Source: an uncultured virus (IMG/VR IMGVR_UViG_3300034418_007342)
Lineage: Duplodnaviria; Heunggongvirae; Uroviricota; Caudoviricetes
DNA: 20,000 bases
Strand: one strand, 5' to 3'
IMG/VR virus record: IMGVR_UViG_3300034418_007342
Location: 56,111 to 76,110 of that record
Shown: positions 1-8,644 of the stretch, piece by piece
Layout of the letters: each line of letters begins with the position of its first letter
Numbering within the stretch: position 1 is the stretch's first letter
Notes under the pieces: generated by a model
Databases searched by the model: none
What the model was told of the DNA's origin: nothing
Seen by the model: only the letters and a program-made list of their open reading frames with translations
Position numbers and translations under genes: made by a program

Positions 1-727
1 CCAACATTTGAGCGCAGTCTACTTCTGACATTTTACTGTTAGTGCCAGTTATGTCATGACTGTTGGTTTTGCCGTTGTCTCTGTAGTCACGTATGGTTTT
101 GGCATCTGCCAAATTGTCCACTAACACCATGCCACCTGATCCATAGTTGGGCAAGTTCTTTGTAGGATCAAAACTTAAAATGCTTACGTCTCCAAGACAG
201 CCACTGGGCATGCCCCGATAACTTGCACCAAAACTCTGTGCAGCATCCTCGATAATTTTTATGTCTTTATTAAAAAATCTACAGATGTTGTAGAATCTGT
301 CGTAGTCAACAACGTTGCCAAATATGTTTACGTACATTACTGCCTGTATGCCGGCAGCATCTATGGCATAGTCCATACTTTCCAAATTTATCAGTGCTTG
401 ATCATCTGTGTCGCATAACACAGGTGTGTTGCCGTTTAATAACACAGCGTTTATTGTAGCAATAAAACTAATTGTAGGAATAATAATCTTTACAGGTTCT
501 TGAAACAACAGTTGTTGTGCAAATACTAAAGCCTGTGTGCCGCTGCCTACTGCTACTGCATAACGTCTATGGCAACGTTTTGCTATTTCCTGTTCAAACT
601 TTTGAGTATAGTCACCGTCCAGCATTTGTCCACTGGTGTAGACCTGATCTGTTACTGCTAACAGTTCTTCACGTAGGTTTTGATATTGACGTGCTACGCC
701 GGTAAAAGGGATAATTTGTGTTGCCAA
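1..727 (-). CDS. DegT/DnrJ/EryC1/StrS-family PLP-dependent sugar aminotransferase (3' end runs off the window)
   Basis: Not in the ORF track; translated by hand from a probable TTG at 727: MATQIIPFTGVARQYQNLREEL...AVGSGTQAL...SFIATINAV...IIEDAAQSFGA...SFDPTKNLPNYGSGG...TGTNSKMSE. EDAAQ and SFxxxK (PLP lysine) are family hallmarks. Start codon uncertain. Confidence 0.9.
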   Translation of the reverse strand, partial: MATQIIPFTGVARQYQNLREELLAVTDQVYTSGQMLDGDYTQKFEQEIAKRCHRRYAVAVGSGTQALVFAQQLLFQEPVKIIIPTISFIATINAVLLNGNTPVLCDTDDQALINLESMDYAIDAAGIQAVMYVNIFGNVVDYDRFYNICRFFNKDIKIIEDAAQSFGASYRGMPSGCLGDVSILSFDPTKNLPNYGSGGMVLVDNLADAKTIRDYRDNGKTNSHDITGTNSKMSEVDCAQML

Positions 728-1692
728 AATTTACTTCCTACTAACCAAGCGTGATATCGTTCAAAACCTTGTTCTACATCTACTGTGGGGAAATAGCCTA
801 AGTCTGCCTGTGCTCGTTCAATACTAAGTCTACCACGTTTGGGAAAGTTTAAGTCTCTATCTTGAACTTCGTAACTGCCACGACCTACAATATCTATACA
901 AAGTTGGGCAGCACCCTCTAACGTTAGCGCAATGGGATTACTGCGTGTGATGTTATAGATGTTGCCATTGGCTTTGGATTCTAATGCCGCCAATGCAATT
1001 CCTTTGGCAGTGTCGTCGACGTGTGTAAAGTCTAATACTTCCTGTGCGCCTTGTACTTGTAAGGTCTTGCCCTGTAATGCACTTAGCATGAACTTGCTGA
1101 CTACTCTGTCGTCGACATCCAATTCACCATAGACTGCACTGGGACGAACAATAACATAGTCCATGCCTATGCGGCGTGCATAGTCTGCTACAATTTGTTC
1201 GCCCGCTAATTTCATAATAGCGTACTGACCTTGTGGCGTACACTGTGCAGTTTCTGTGACAAAGTCTTGTTCAAAATCTCCATAGACCATACTGGAACTA
1301 ATGTAGACAAACTTCTTTACACAATGATTTTTGCACTCTTCCAATAAGTTAATTAAACCAGTGATCATTACTTCACTGCCTACCACAGGATTTTGTAGTA
1401 CTACACGCTGTCTAGGAAAACTGGCAAGGTGTACTACCATCTTAGGGTGGAATGCCAACATCATATCTGAAATGCCTTTGCGATTTCTAATATCAATGTT
1501 GTGTGTGTTACATCTTACTTTGCGTTTGCGTTCACGCTTTAAGTATTCAAGTTCATCTTTAGGAATAAAATTGTAATTGGTAAAACTGTCTATACCAAAA
1601 CATGTATGTCCTTCTTGTTCTAGATATTTTACAACATTATGTCCAATGAATCCACTGGCACCAGTTACTAATACGTTCAATTGTTGCCCCAC
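694..1692 (-). CDS. NAD-dependent NDP-sugar epimerase/dehydratase (extended SDR)
   Basis: VLVTGASGFIG Rossmann motif, VVHLA, SSSMVYG, catalytic YAIMK (YxxxK), RPSAVYG, DFTHVDD. Confidence 0.93.
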   Translation of the reverse strand: MGQQLNVLVTGASGFIGHNVVKYLEQEGHTCFGIDSFTNYNFIPKDELEYLKRERKRKVRCNTHNIDIRNRKGISDMMLAFHPKMVVHLASFPRQRVVLQNPVVGSEVMITGLINLLEECKNHCVKKFVYISSSMVYGDFEQDFVTETAQCTPQGQYAIMKLAGEQIVADYARRIGMDYVIVRPSAVYGELDVDDRVVSKFMLSALQGKTLQVQGAQEVLDFTHVDDTAKGIALAALESKANGNIYNITRSNPIALTLEGAAQLCIDIVGRGSYEVQDRDLNFPKRGRLSIERAQADLGYFPTVDVEQGFERYHAWLVGSKFWQHKLSLLPA

Positions 1693-1925
1693 TTTAATTG
1701 AAAAAACGTAGCGTCTTCGTCTGATAGGATAGCTTCTACTCTACATCGGTAACCATAAGTTAACATACAATGTCCTATGTAAAACACAGGTCGTTCTACA
1801 GCATGCTCCATAACCCATTGTCCTTGTTCTGTTTCTTTTTCCCAGCGATACAAAGGTTCAGCCACATAAATTTCCGGGTCTTCTACATCGCCCATTGGAA
1901 ATTCATAGACTTTAAGTTTTATCAT
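1677..1925 (-). CDS. Hypothetical phage protein (82 aa)
   Basis: Start moved to the ATG at 1925 (MIKLKVYEF...), which overlaps the thyA stop as ATGA; ends ...[12 protein letters not shown]. Confidence 0.75.
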   Translation of the reverse strand: MIKLKVYEFPMGDVEDPEIYVAEPLYRWEKETEQGQWVMEHAVERPVFYIGHCMLTYGYRCRVEAILSDEDATFFQLKWGNN

Positions 1926-2821
1926 ACTGCCATGTCTGCTCGAATCGGGGGGTGTGAGGTATAGCCAATGAGCTCGATATCCTCCATACCGAATGAATCT
2001 ATCGTCTTGCATTCTGAATTTAGTTTTAGATGTGGAGCAGGTAATGGTTCACGCTCTAATTGTTCTTTTACTTGCTCTACATGGTTTAGGTATATATGTG
2101 CGTCGCCCAGCACGTGAACGAACTCTCCAACCGCTAAATCGCACACTTGTGCAATCATGTGCGTTAGTAAGGCATAAGACGCAATATTAAAAGGCACGCC
2201 TAAAAACATGTCACAACTGCGTTGATACATTTGGCAACTAAGTTTACCATCTGCAACATAGAACTGACTGAACACGTGGCAAGGAGGTAGTGCCATATCA
2301 TCTAGTTCTGCTGGATTCCATGCAGTTAAAATATGTCTACGTCCATTAGGATCCTTTTTAATACCCTCAATCAAGTTTGCTAATTGATCTACTTCACGAT
2401 ACACTAACTTACTGGGACCATCAAATACTTGATCCTTGGCTTGCCAATGACGCCATTGTACTCCATAGACTCTGCCTAGGTCTCCTTCAAACTGTGGACC
2501 TCGGGGCGGAAACTTTTTGTATTTGTTTGTCCAATACGGAGCTGTGGCATTGGCAGTCCAGATGGTTGTCTTTTCAGACGCTCTACTACCATGTAGTATC
2601 TCTCGTAGACGATTTTCGTCCCCTGAACCTTCAATGAACCACAGCAACTCTGAAACTACGCTCTTCCAGGCCAGTTTCTTTGTAGTGACAGCAGGAAAAC
2701 CGTCAGCCAAGTTGTAGCGTTGTTGCATGCCAAACACACTGACAGTACCTGTACCTGTACGGTCTGTTTTAGTTACGCCATTGTCTAAAACAAACCGGAG
2801 TGCATCTAAATAAGTTTTCAT
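1922..2821 (-). CDS. thyA: Thymidylate synthase (299 aa)
   Basis: [32 protein letters not shown] (catalytic Cys), [26 protein letters not shown]. Start moved to the ATG at 2821 (MKTYLD). Confidence 0.97.
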   Translation of the reverse strand: MKTYLDALRFVLDNGVTKTDRTGTGTVSVFGMQQRYNLADGFPAVTTKKLAWKSVVSELLWFIEGSGDENRLREILHGSRASEKTTIWTANATAPYWTNKYKKFPPRGPQFEGDLGRVYGVQWRHWQAKDQVFDGPSKLVYREVDQLANLIEGIKKDPNGRRHILTAWNPAELDDMALPPCHVFSQFYVADGKLSCQMYQRSCDMFLGVPFNIASYALLTHMIAQVCDLAVGEFVHVLGDAHIYLNHVEQVKEQLEREPLPAPHLKLNSECKTIDSFGMEDIELIGYTSHPPIRADMAV

Positions 2822-2827
2822 AACTGT

Positions 2828-2857
2828 ATTATACTGACAAGGGCCTGAAAATGTCAA
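2828..2857 (-). promoter_or_regulatory. Consensus sigma70 promoter for thyA, inside the 3' end of DHFR
   Basis: TTGACA (2857-2852), 18-nt spacer, TATAAT (2833-2828), then 6 nt to the thyA ATG. Confidence 0.75.
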
Positions 2858-3335
2858 CGTTTTTGTAAACAGTCCAAGTACATTTTCCGTCTTGACTGGG
2901 CCAAGCACCCATTGCTCGCATCATCAAAGTCATCTTACGCATGTCTATTTTGACATCACTTTTGAATTGACTTTTGAAATGAGTAACGTGCATTTCGTCA
3001 ATAATGTCTTTACAGGAGAGGATAATCTCAGGACCACCGATTATCCAAATGTGCTTATTGGGATGACGTTTTTGCAGTAACGGAACTTGCTCGACTAAAT
3101 TACCCTTGACTGTGCCGGCAGTATAAAGTGGACGATTGGTTGCTACATACGTTATTCGATTTTTCAAAGGCTTAGGCATTTTAGGATCATCGTATGTACG
3201 TCTGCCCATTACTACAACATGTCCTTCTGTTTGCTTTTTAAAATACTGCATGTCTTCACTGTGGTGCGGCCATGGGAGGCTACCTCGGAATCCCATGCCA
3301 CCCCAGGTGTCGACGGCAAATATTGCTTTAATCAT
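2829..3335 (-). CDS. folA: Dihydrofolate reductase
   Basis: [45 protein letters not shown]; adjacent to thyA. Confidence 0.95.
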   Translation of the reverse strand: MIKAIFAVDTWGGMGFRGSLPWPHHSEDMQYFKKQTEGHVVVMGRRTYDDPKMPKPLKNRITYVATNRPLYTAGTVKGNLVEQVPLLQKRHPNKHIWIIGGPEIILSCKDIIDEMHVTHFKSQFKSDVKIDMRKMTLMMRAMGAWPSQDGKCTWTVYKNVDIFRPLSV

Positions 3336-3661
3336 AAGTTAGAAAGTATTCTATCTGTCTCGGGCTGGATTGCCTGCTCAACCAGATCTACATCAACATA
3401 GAAATCTACATTAGCAATATATTGATCAAGTTCTTCTAATTTTTTACTAACATGGTGCTCGATCTCATCGGGATCGGCACCTTCAGATAATATATGTTTG
3501 ATATCAATATTTACTTCAGTGCCATCTTTAAGATGTACTATTAAACGTTCTAATACGTGTACCGGTACTTCTTTTTTCTCTACGTCCTTGAGAATCTCAC
3601 GCCATGCTTTTTTATTGTTTAAGTTAAGCCGTTTTGGCTTTGGCTTTTTTCCTTGGGGCAT
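3332..3661 (-). CDS. Hypothetical phage protein
   Basis: ORF fits the operon and its stop overlaps the DHFR start (ATGA). Likely start MPQGKK at 3661; the track gives 3673. Confidence 0.75.
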   Translation of the reverse strand: MPQGKKPKPKRLNLNNKKAWREILKDVEKKEVPVHVLERLIVHLKDGTEVNIDIKHILSEGADPDEIEHHVSKKLEELDQYIANVDFYVDVDLVEQAIQPETDRILSNL

Positions 3662-4295
3662 TCTTTGTCTCACCGGAAAGATTAGCAGCCTCTGCCATTA
3701 AACGCTCAGACTCTGCAAGTAATTGTTTTGCTTCTGCGGCCATCTTCATTGCCTGTGCTCTACGTTGCGTAGCAATTTGATCATCGCTTAAGAAGTCTGT
3801 GGCATTTGCGGTTCCTTGTACTTGTGCAGGTTGAGCACTTCCAGGAGGAGCACGTAGTTCGCCCACGTCCTGGCCTTCATTGGTTCTCCTTCGAGTTACC
3901 ATTCCTGCATTGGCATCTAAGTCAGCCATTTCTTTAATGGCTTCTTCGCCAAGAGCCATTTTGTCAAGGATAGCATTTAGTTCATCTAGTCTAACATTTG
4001 ATGTTGCAGTTGGAGTAACAATAACTTGATTGGTAGGAACTTTTTTGATCATTGCTTCGGAGTGCAATGTTTGTAATGCATTGTTGCCGTCTCGCAAAGT
4101 ATACCTAAATAAGTAATCACTGAACTCTTTTGCTTGTTGTCCTGAATCAGATTCCAGTGCTTGCATGATGTCATCATGAATATGTACAGGTAATGCATCT
4201 GGATATGTGACTAGACACATATGATCCTCTTCTGGTACTTTTCTATATAGAATAACAACTTTGCGGCTGTTATGTTTACCGACGTGCTTAATCAT
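3624..4295 (-). CDS. Hypothetical phage protein with C-terminal coiled coil and basic tail (223 aa)
   Basis: Long ORF with AGGA RBS; Ala/Glu-rich helix followed by KNAPRKKAKAKTA. Confidence 0.8.
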   Translation of the reverse strand: MIKHVGKHNSRKVVILYRKVPEEDHMCLVTYPDALPVHIHDDIMQALESDSGQQAKEFSDYLFRYTLRDGNNALQTLHSEAMIKKVPTNQVIVTPTATSNVRLDELNAILDKMALGEEAIKEMADLDANAGMVTRRRTNEGQDVGELRAPPGSAQPAQVQGTANATDFLSDDQIATQRRAQAMKMAAEAKQLLAESERLMAEAANLSGETKNAPRKKAKAKTA

Positions 4296-4306
4296 AAAAA
4301 TATCCT

Positions 4307-4525
4307 TTATTGATTTTCTTCGGGAGCGGGTTGCTCTGGCTGTTGAGGAGTTACTACTCCACTAGCCACTAAAAAATTGTATAAGTTTGTGTATGCTTGA
4401 CCAATAGCAGTAAATTCTTCTACTCTGTAAGCACCACGATTAGATGCTAGTTGAATTGCTTCTAGTGCAACAACTAGGTCTTGAACTTGTAAAGGGGTTG
4501 TTTGTTTTTGGTCTTCTTCTGCCAC
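4307..4525 (-). CDS. Small acidic hypothetical protein (72 aa), probably late-expressed
   Basis: GTG start, GGAGA RBS at 4531-4535, TAAATA motif upstream. Confidence 0.75.
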   Translation of the reverse strand: MAEEDQKQTTPLQVQDLVVALEAIQLASNRGAYRVEEFTAIGQAYTNLYNFLVASGVVTPQQPEQPAPEENQ

Positions 4526-4574
4526 AAAAATCTCCGTGTTTGTAAAGATATTTAACCCTTACAGACAACGGAGA
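4526..4574 (-). promoter_or_regulatory. RBS-sequestering/terminator-like hairpin with a TAAATA late-promoter-like motif in its loop
   Basis: Minus strand reads UCUCCG-U-UGU-C-UGUAA-GGGU [UAAAU] AUCU-UUACA-A-ACA-CGGAGA-UUUUU-GUG; TAAATA at 4554-4549. Confidence 0.75.
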
Positions 4575-4581
4575 AATTTTT

Positions 4582-4863
4582 TTAAAACTGGTTTTTGTTA
4601 AAAGTATCTAGCATTAGTGTAAAATAACTGGCTTCACTGTGACGTTCAAAGGCCGCACACTTGCGACTAACCAAAGATCCTGAATCAGTAGTAATGTGCT
4701 CACCTAAATAGAAACGACCTTCTAAATTTTCATATATCCAGTTTAGAATGTCTCTATCGTAAGTACGAGATTCGAAAAATACTTTTTCAAAATGCGGAGG
4801 GCATTCGTCCCACTTACGTAAGTTATGAACATTAAGTGGATTGACTTCACCGTGTTTAAGCAT
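4582..4863 (-). CDS. Hypothetical phage protein (93 aa)
   Basis: ORF coupled to the upstream gene; WIYEN...AFERHSEASYFTL pattern. Confidence 0.75.
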   Translation of the reverse strand: MLKHGEVNPLNVHNLRKWDECPPHFEKVFFESRTYDRDILNWIYENLEGRFYLGEHITTDSGSLVSRKCAAFERHSEASYFTLMLDTFNKNQF

Positions 4864-5155
4864 CGTCTAACTCATCTGTGGGAGGCAAACCATTGCTGTG
4901 AAAGTCACGTGTCTGATCCACATCTTGAAATAATCTTTGTTCTTGTGCTGTCAGTTCGCCAAATTTTCTTGGATTAGCACATAGGGTGCATTTGGGATCA
5001 CCGCAGTTCAGTGCATGGTGCTTGGCAAAGCGATGTCCCTCATATTGGTGATCAGGCATTCCGTGCGACTTAGCAATTTTTTGTTGTTTGTGAATTGCGT
5101 TTTCTTCTTTTTGTAAACGTTTACTATGCTTTAGTTTATCTTCTGATTTGCTCAT
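4856..5155 (-). CDS. Hypothetical basic protein with putative Zn-binding motif
   Basis: HHALNCGDPKCTLCANPR (C-x4-C-x2-C plus His); preceded by TAAATA-N5-ATG. Confidence 0.7.
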   Translation of the reverse strand: MSKSEDKLKHSKRLQKEENAIHKQQKIAKSHGMPDHQYEGHRFAKHHALNCGDPKCTLCANPRKFGELTAQEQRLFQDVDQTRDFHSNGLPPTDELDDA

Positions 5156-5163
5156 ATTGATAT

Positions 5164-5394
5164 TTAAAGATTTTTATTCAAGTCACTTTTCTTCACACGA
5201 TTTACTTCTAATGTTACACACATGGTGTTAAACTGTTGTCCTGGTTTAAGCCTGGGCCATAGTGTGTCACGAAGTTTTTTCTGGCACTGTTGTTCACTTT
5301 CATAATAACCTTCGTACTGTACCATTTCACAACTGGAGACCTGATTACTAGCACAGGCCATTATGACCGGAATAAAAAACGTTACTAGTTCCAT
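5164..5394 (-). CDS. Small protein with hydrophobic N-terminus and 4 Cys (possibly exported)
   Basis: MELVTFFIPVIMAC..., YESEQQC, TMCV; TAATG overlap with the upstream gene. Confidence 0.65.
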   Translation of the reverse strand: MELVTFFIPVIMACASNQVSSCEMVQYEGYYESEQQCQKKLRDTLWPRLKPGQQFNTMCVTLEVNRVKKSDLNKNL

Positions 5395-6689
5395 TATGCA
5401 CCTGCCAGTTCTTTTGCCTTTTCATAGTGAGCCCAAACACCAAAGGGCGGCTCGCACTCAGTGTTGCCTTTGATAATGAATACAGTATCACAGTAGTCGG
5501 GGTCACCCCACGAACCATATGGATAACCATCAGTAAACATGATAAACTTCTTAGGTTGAATATCATTTTCTTTCATGTAAGTCCAGTTACAGTCGTAGTC
5601 AGTACCACCACCGCCTTGGGGTTCATATTCCAAGATGCTGTCGAGATTGTCACTGCTAAACTCTTGATGATTGTACACTTCTGTATCAAATGACCAGATA
5701 TGAATTTTGTATTCATCATAGGCTTCCATAATGCCTTTGACTTCGCCCAGGAAAGCCTTGATGTCTTCGTCACCAATACTGCCCGACATGTCCAATGCGA
5801 TGTGCGCTTCAATTTGGTCACCGGGAATCATACCGGGCATAACTGCATCCATTGCCCAACCACGTCGGCTGGGACGCATCCAACTAAAGTCATCTTTGAC
5901 AATACTTTGGATCTGTTGCTGAAGCAGTTCACGCCAGTCAACCACAGGTTGCGTCAAGTCCTTAATAAGACGCTTAACACCTGAGGGCAAGTTACCTGCA
6001 CCTGTAGCCTGAGCAGCCTGTAGTACTGCTTCGCGAACTTCGTCACGAATTTGACGGCGTTCCTCATCTGACATTTTAGGACGACCTTTGCCGTTGCCTT
6101 CTTTGTCTCCGTCCTTGTCATCGTCCTGATCACCCGAACCTTCCTGCTCGTCGAGGTGCTCGTCAATCATTTTGTCAATGAGATCGCTGATGTCAATCTT
6201 CTCAGCCTTCTCATACAAATCGTCGTAGACTTCTTCAGCACTCCAACCTTGATACTTTGTATCATGCAGGCAAGGAGTAATCTTGTCGCCAATCCGTTGT
6301 TCAACCAAGTCTGCGTTTACGCAAAAGTCTGCGGCGCAATTAAAAAGCATAGGGTCACGATCCGGACCGCAACGACCCATATGGTCGTAGACATTATGTA
6401 ACACTTCATGCCCAAACAAGAATTCAAGTTCTTTGGGTTTGAGTTTGTTTACGAATTCGGTATTGTAGTAAAATTTCCTGCCATTGGTTGCGGCAGTGCC
6501 ACACCATGAATCAGCATTAACCAATTCCAGTCGAGTAGCCAAGTTACCAAAAAACGGAGCACGAAGCAACAAGCCAATTCGAGCAGTAGTCAACTTTTCA
6601 CGCACCGCACGATCCAATGCGGGATCTGTCGTTTCGGTTAGCCTGCCGCTGATGCCGGACTTGGGATTGGTTGTAGTATCTTTTGACAT
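5394..6689 (-). CDS. Metallopeptidase-like (HExxH) plus VWA-domain protein (DUF2201-like)
   Basis: TAATNG, HEVLH, FNCAADFCVN, acidic linker, VDWRELL, SWMRPSRR, MIDAS DMSGS, GGGGTD, FTDGY; AAGGAG RBS. Confidence 0.9.
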   Translation of the reverse strand: MSKDTTTNPKSGISGRLTETTDPALDRAVREKLTTARIGLLLRAPFFGNLATRLELVNADSWCGTAATNGRKFYYNTEFVNKLKPKELEFLFGHEVLHNVYDHMGRCGPDRDPMLFNCAADFCVNADLVEQRIGDKITPCLHDTKYQGWSAEEVYDDLYEKAEKIDISDLIDKMIDEHLDEQEGSGDQDDDKDGDKEGNGKGRPKMSDEERRQIRDEVREAVLQAAQATGAGNLPSGVKRLIKDLTQPVVDWRELLQQQIQSIVKDDFSWMRPSRRGWAMDAVMPGMIPGDQIEAHIALDMSGSIGDEDIKAFLGEVKGIMEAYDEYKIHIWSFDTEVYNHQEFSSDNLDSILEYEPQGGGGTDYDCNWTYMKENDIQPKKFIMFTDGYPYGSWGDPDYCDTVFIIKGNTECEPPFGVWAHYEKAKELAGA

Positions 6690-6710
6690 TTCTGCTCCTT
6701 GTTATAGTGT

Positions 6711-6753
6711 ATTATACAATCTTTCTGAATTATTGTCTATTAATACTAAAGTA
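6711..6753 (-). promoter_or_regulatory. Early-type sigma70 promoter with upstream TACT-WW-AGTA palindrome
   Basis: TACTTTAGTA (6753-6744), 4 nt, TAGACA (6739-6734), 17 nt, TATAAT (6716-6711). Confidence 0.75.
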
Positions 6754-6755
6754 TT

Positions 6756-6804
6756 AAAAGGGGAGGACTTACATGGTAAAGAAAGGAGTAAGACCAATGC
6801 CTCC
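6756..6804 (-). terminator. Hairpin plus short U tract after the AAA ATPase gene; loop carries an anti-SD sequence
   Basis: GGAGG/CCUCC and CUUAC/GUAAG stems followed by CCUUUU; contains UACUCCUUUC. Confidence 0.45.
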
Positions 6805-6809
6805 ATAAA

Positions 6810-7916
6810 CTATCGATTGCCGGCGCTTGCGGCTACAATGTACTTACCAAACCGCTTGTGGAACTCATCGAAATTCTTGAGTTTGCCAGGAACAAACGGC
6901 AGGTTGTAAGTGGTAAGAGCAGTACGAGCACCCATAACAGTCAACTCCGTTGTGAAATTGTCCATCATATAACGGAAGAAGTTATCTGCCATCTCATGCC
7001 ATTCTGCATTAGGCTTGCCACCAATCTTGTCTGCGGCATCCTTAAGTTCGTAGCACATACTGACTACCAAACTGTACATGGCGCTGACTTCTTTTACTTT
7101 GAGTTCTTTGACCTTACCAGCCAATACATCTTCAGGCTTGGGTAACTGTCCAGCAATCTTGCGGTGAGCCATAAACTTAACAGCCACACCCTCACCAACT
7201 GCACCTGTTACCAAGTCAGTGAGATCTGCTTCACCAACGTCCTCGTCTTCAAGGATTTCGCTAACAAAGGTCCACGAGCGAGGTGTAGCAAAACTACGAC
7301 TGCTACTACGCGGATCAAAGTCGTAAAGGTCCTGCTTGGCAAAGCCAATGTAACCGACCACGTCTTTGTGGATGCGGTTAATGGTAGCCCACGTCTCCCA
7401 TGCTTGGTGATCTACTCGCATCTCCAAGTGCAGGAAGCGGTTAGCCAACGGAGCAGGCATACGATAAGTAACACCCTTGTCCGATTCACGGTTACCAGCC
7501 GCAATCACTACCACATTGTCAGGCAGTTTATACTTGCCAATGCGGCGGTTAAGAATCAACTGATAAGCCGCAGCCTGAATGCTGGGAGCCGCTGAGTTCA
7601 TCTCGTCCAAGAACAAAACAACCACAGGATACTGACTGGCCAACTCTTCGTCGGGCAAGTCGATGGGCGGTGCCCAATCCATCAAACCACTGTCTTTATT
7701 GTAGTAAGGGATACCACGCAGGTCGGTGGGCTCCATTTGCGCCAAACGCAGGTCAATCATCAGACCATTTTGCTCTTCGGCGATACTGGCAACCACTTCA
7801 CTTTTGCCAATTCCTGGAGGACCCCATAGGAATACAGGGCGCTTCTTCTGGAAGCACTTAGAGATGAGCCGTGACGCCTGCTGGGTCGTTACGGTACGGT
7901 GTTCACTTACGGTCAT
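6810..7916 (-). CDS. MoxR-like AAA+ ATPase
   Basis: Walker A GPPGIGKS, DLRGIP, Walker B VLFLDE, sensor AAGN, PLANRF arginine finger, TPRSW; GAAAGGAG RBS; directly upstream of a VWA gene. Confidence 0.92.
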   Translation of the reverse strand: MTVSEHRTVTTQQASRLISKCFQKKRPVFLWGPPGIGKSEVVASIAEEQNGLMIDLRLAQMEPTDLRGIPYYNKDSGLMDWAPPIDLPDEELASQYPVVVLFLDEMNSAAPSIQAAAYQLILNRRIGKYKLPDNVVVIAAGNRESDKGVTYRMPAPLANRFLHLEMRVDHQAWETWATINRIHKDVVGYIGFAKQDLYDFDPRSSSRSFATPRSWTFVSEILEDEDVGEADLTDLVTGAVGEGVAVKFMAHRKIAGQLPKPEDVLAGKVKELKVKEVSAMYSLVVSMCYELKDAADKIGGKPNAEWHEMADNFFRYMMDNFTTELTVMGARTALTTYNLPFVPGKLKNFDEFHKRFGKYIVAASAGNR

Positions 7917-7941
7917 AAAATACTCCTTTCAACATATCTAT

Positions 7942-7970
7942 ATTATATGACTTTTCGGAATTATTGTCTG
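7942..7970 (-). promoter_or_regulatory. Early-type sigma70 promoter for the AAA ATPase
   Basis: CAGACA (7970-7965), 17 nt, TATAAT (7947-7942); shares AGACAATAATTC-x-GAAA with the 6711-6739 promoter. Confidence 0.7.
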
Positions 7971-7986
7971 TAGTTTTTTTACAACA

Positions 7987-8355
7987 CTACCAAGAACTAT
8001 TGTAAAAAACCTTCAAACCCAGGAAGATTTCTGCCCGGGCATTTCGGACGAACTCTAATACTGATTGCTTATAGTAATCGTCACTGTCCTCGCCAAAAAA
8101 GAAGCCTTTAGTTTGCGGTAGTTGGTCATGGATCACTGCTCGTTCAAGTTCAGCGAGATCCTCCCAGGTAAGTTCCAACTCAACGCCGTTGAACATATTA
8201 TTGCCTTCTGGATTATAGTCAGGATTTCGTTTGATCCAGAGTTGTTCCATCCAACCCTGAAGGTTGGGGTGTTTACGCCAGTAGGCAATTTCACGACTGT
8301 CACCATAACTGCCTTTTTTCTTAGCACGGCAGTAAGCATATTGATCCAACCCCAT
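7987..8355 (-). CDS. Hypothetical phage protein (122 aa)
   Basis: Start moved to 8355 (MGLDQYAY...EIAYWRKHPNLQGWM...GFFFG...FYNSSW); TAATG overlap with the upstream gene and GGAGG upstream. Confidence 0.8.
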   Translation of the reverse strand: MGLDQYAYCRAKKKGSYGDSREIAYWRKHPNLQGWMEQLWIKRNPDYNPEGNNMFNGVELELTWEDLAELERAVIHDQLPQTKGFFFGEDSDDYYKQSVLEFVRNARAEIFLGLKVFYNSSW

Positions 8356-8633
8356 TATACAGCCTCCAACATATTGGCAGGAACACGCCATAGGCCATAG
8401 CCTGGACTACGAACAGTGACATACTTACGAGCAATCTTGGTGACATCACCAACATAAGTCTGACCATTGCGGCCGCTAGTGAACTTAACCTTGGTGCCTA
8501 TAACCAGGCTTCCACGATTCTCTTTTACCAACTGATTACGAGCAAATTTAATAGCCATCGAAATACTGTTCAACTGCTCGTTGGTAAAGTTACCAGCAAT
8601 GATAGAGTGATTGATGTCGTTAATTGAAACCAT
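8355..8633 (-). CDS. Hypothetical protein with possible SH3/KOW-like C-terminal barrel
   Basis: AAGGAG RBS; LVIGTKVKF...GDVTKIARKYVTV...WRVPANML. Confidence 0.75.
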   Translation of the reverse strand: MVSINDINHSIIAGNFTNEQLNSISMAIKFARNQLVKENRGSLVIGTKVKFTSGRNGQTYVGDVTKIARKYVTVRSPGYGLWRVPANMLEAV

Positions 8634-8644
8634 TTTAGTTCTCC

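Noticed and set aside
1922..2821. Intron/intein in thyA, or a dCMP/dUMP hydroxymethylase instead of ThyA
   Set aside because: The ORF is continuous with only short loop insertions, keeps canonical PCH and PFN (dUMP-specific Asn) motifs and sits beside DHFR.
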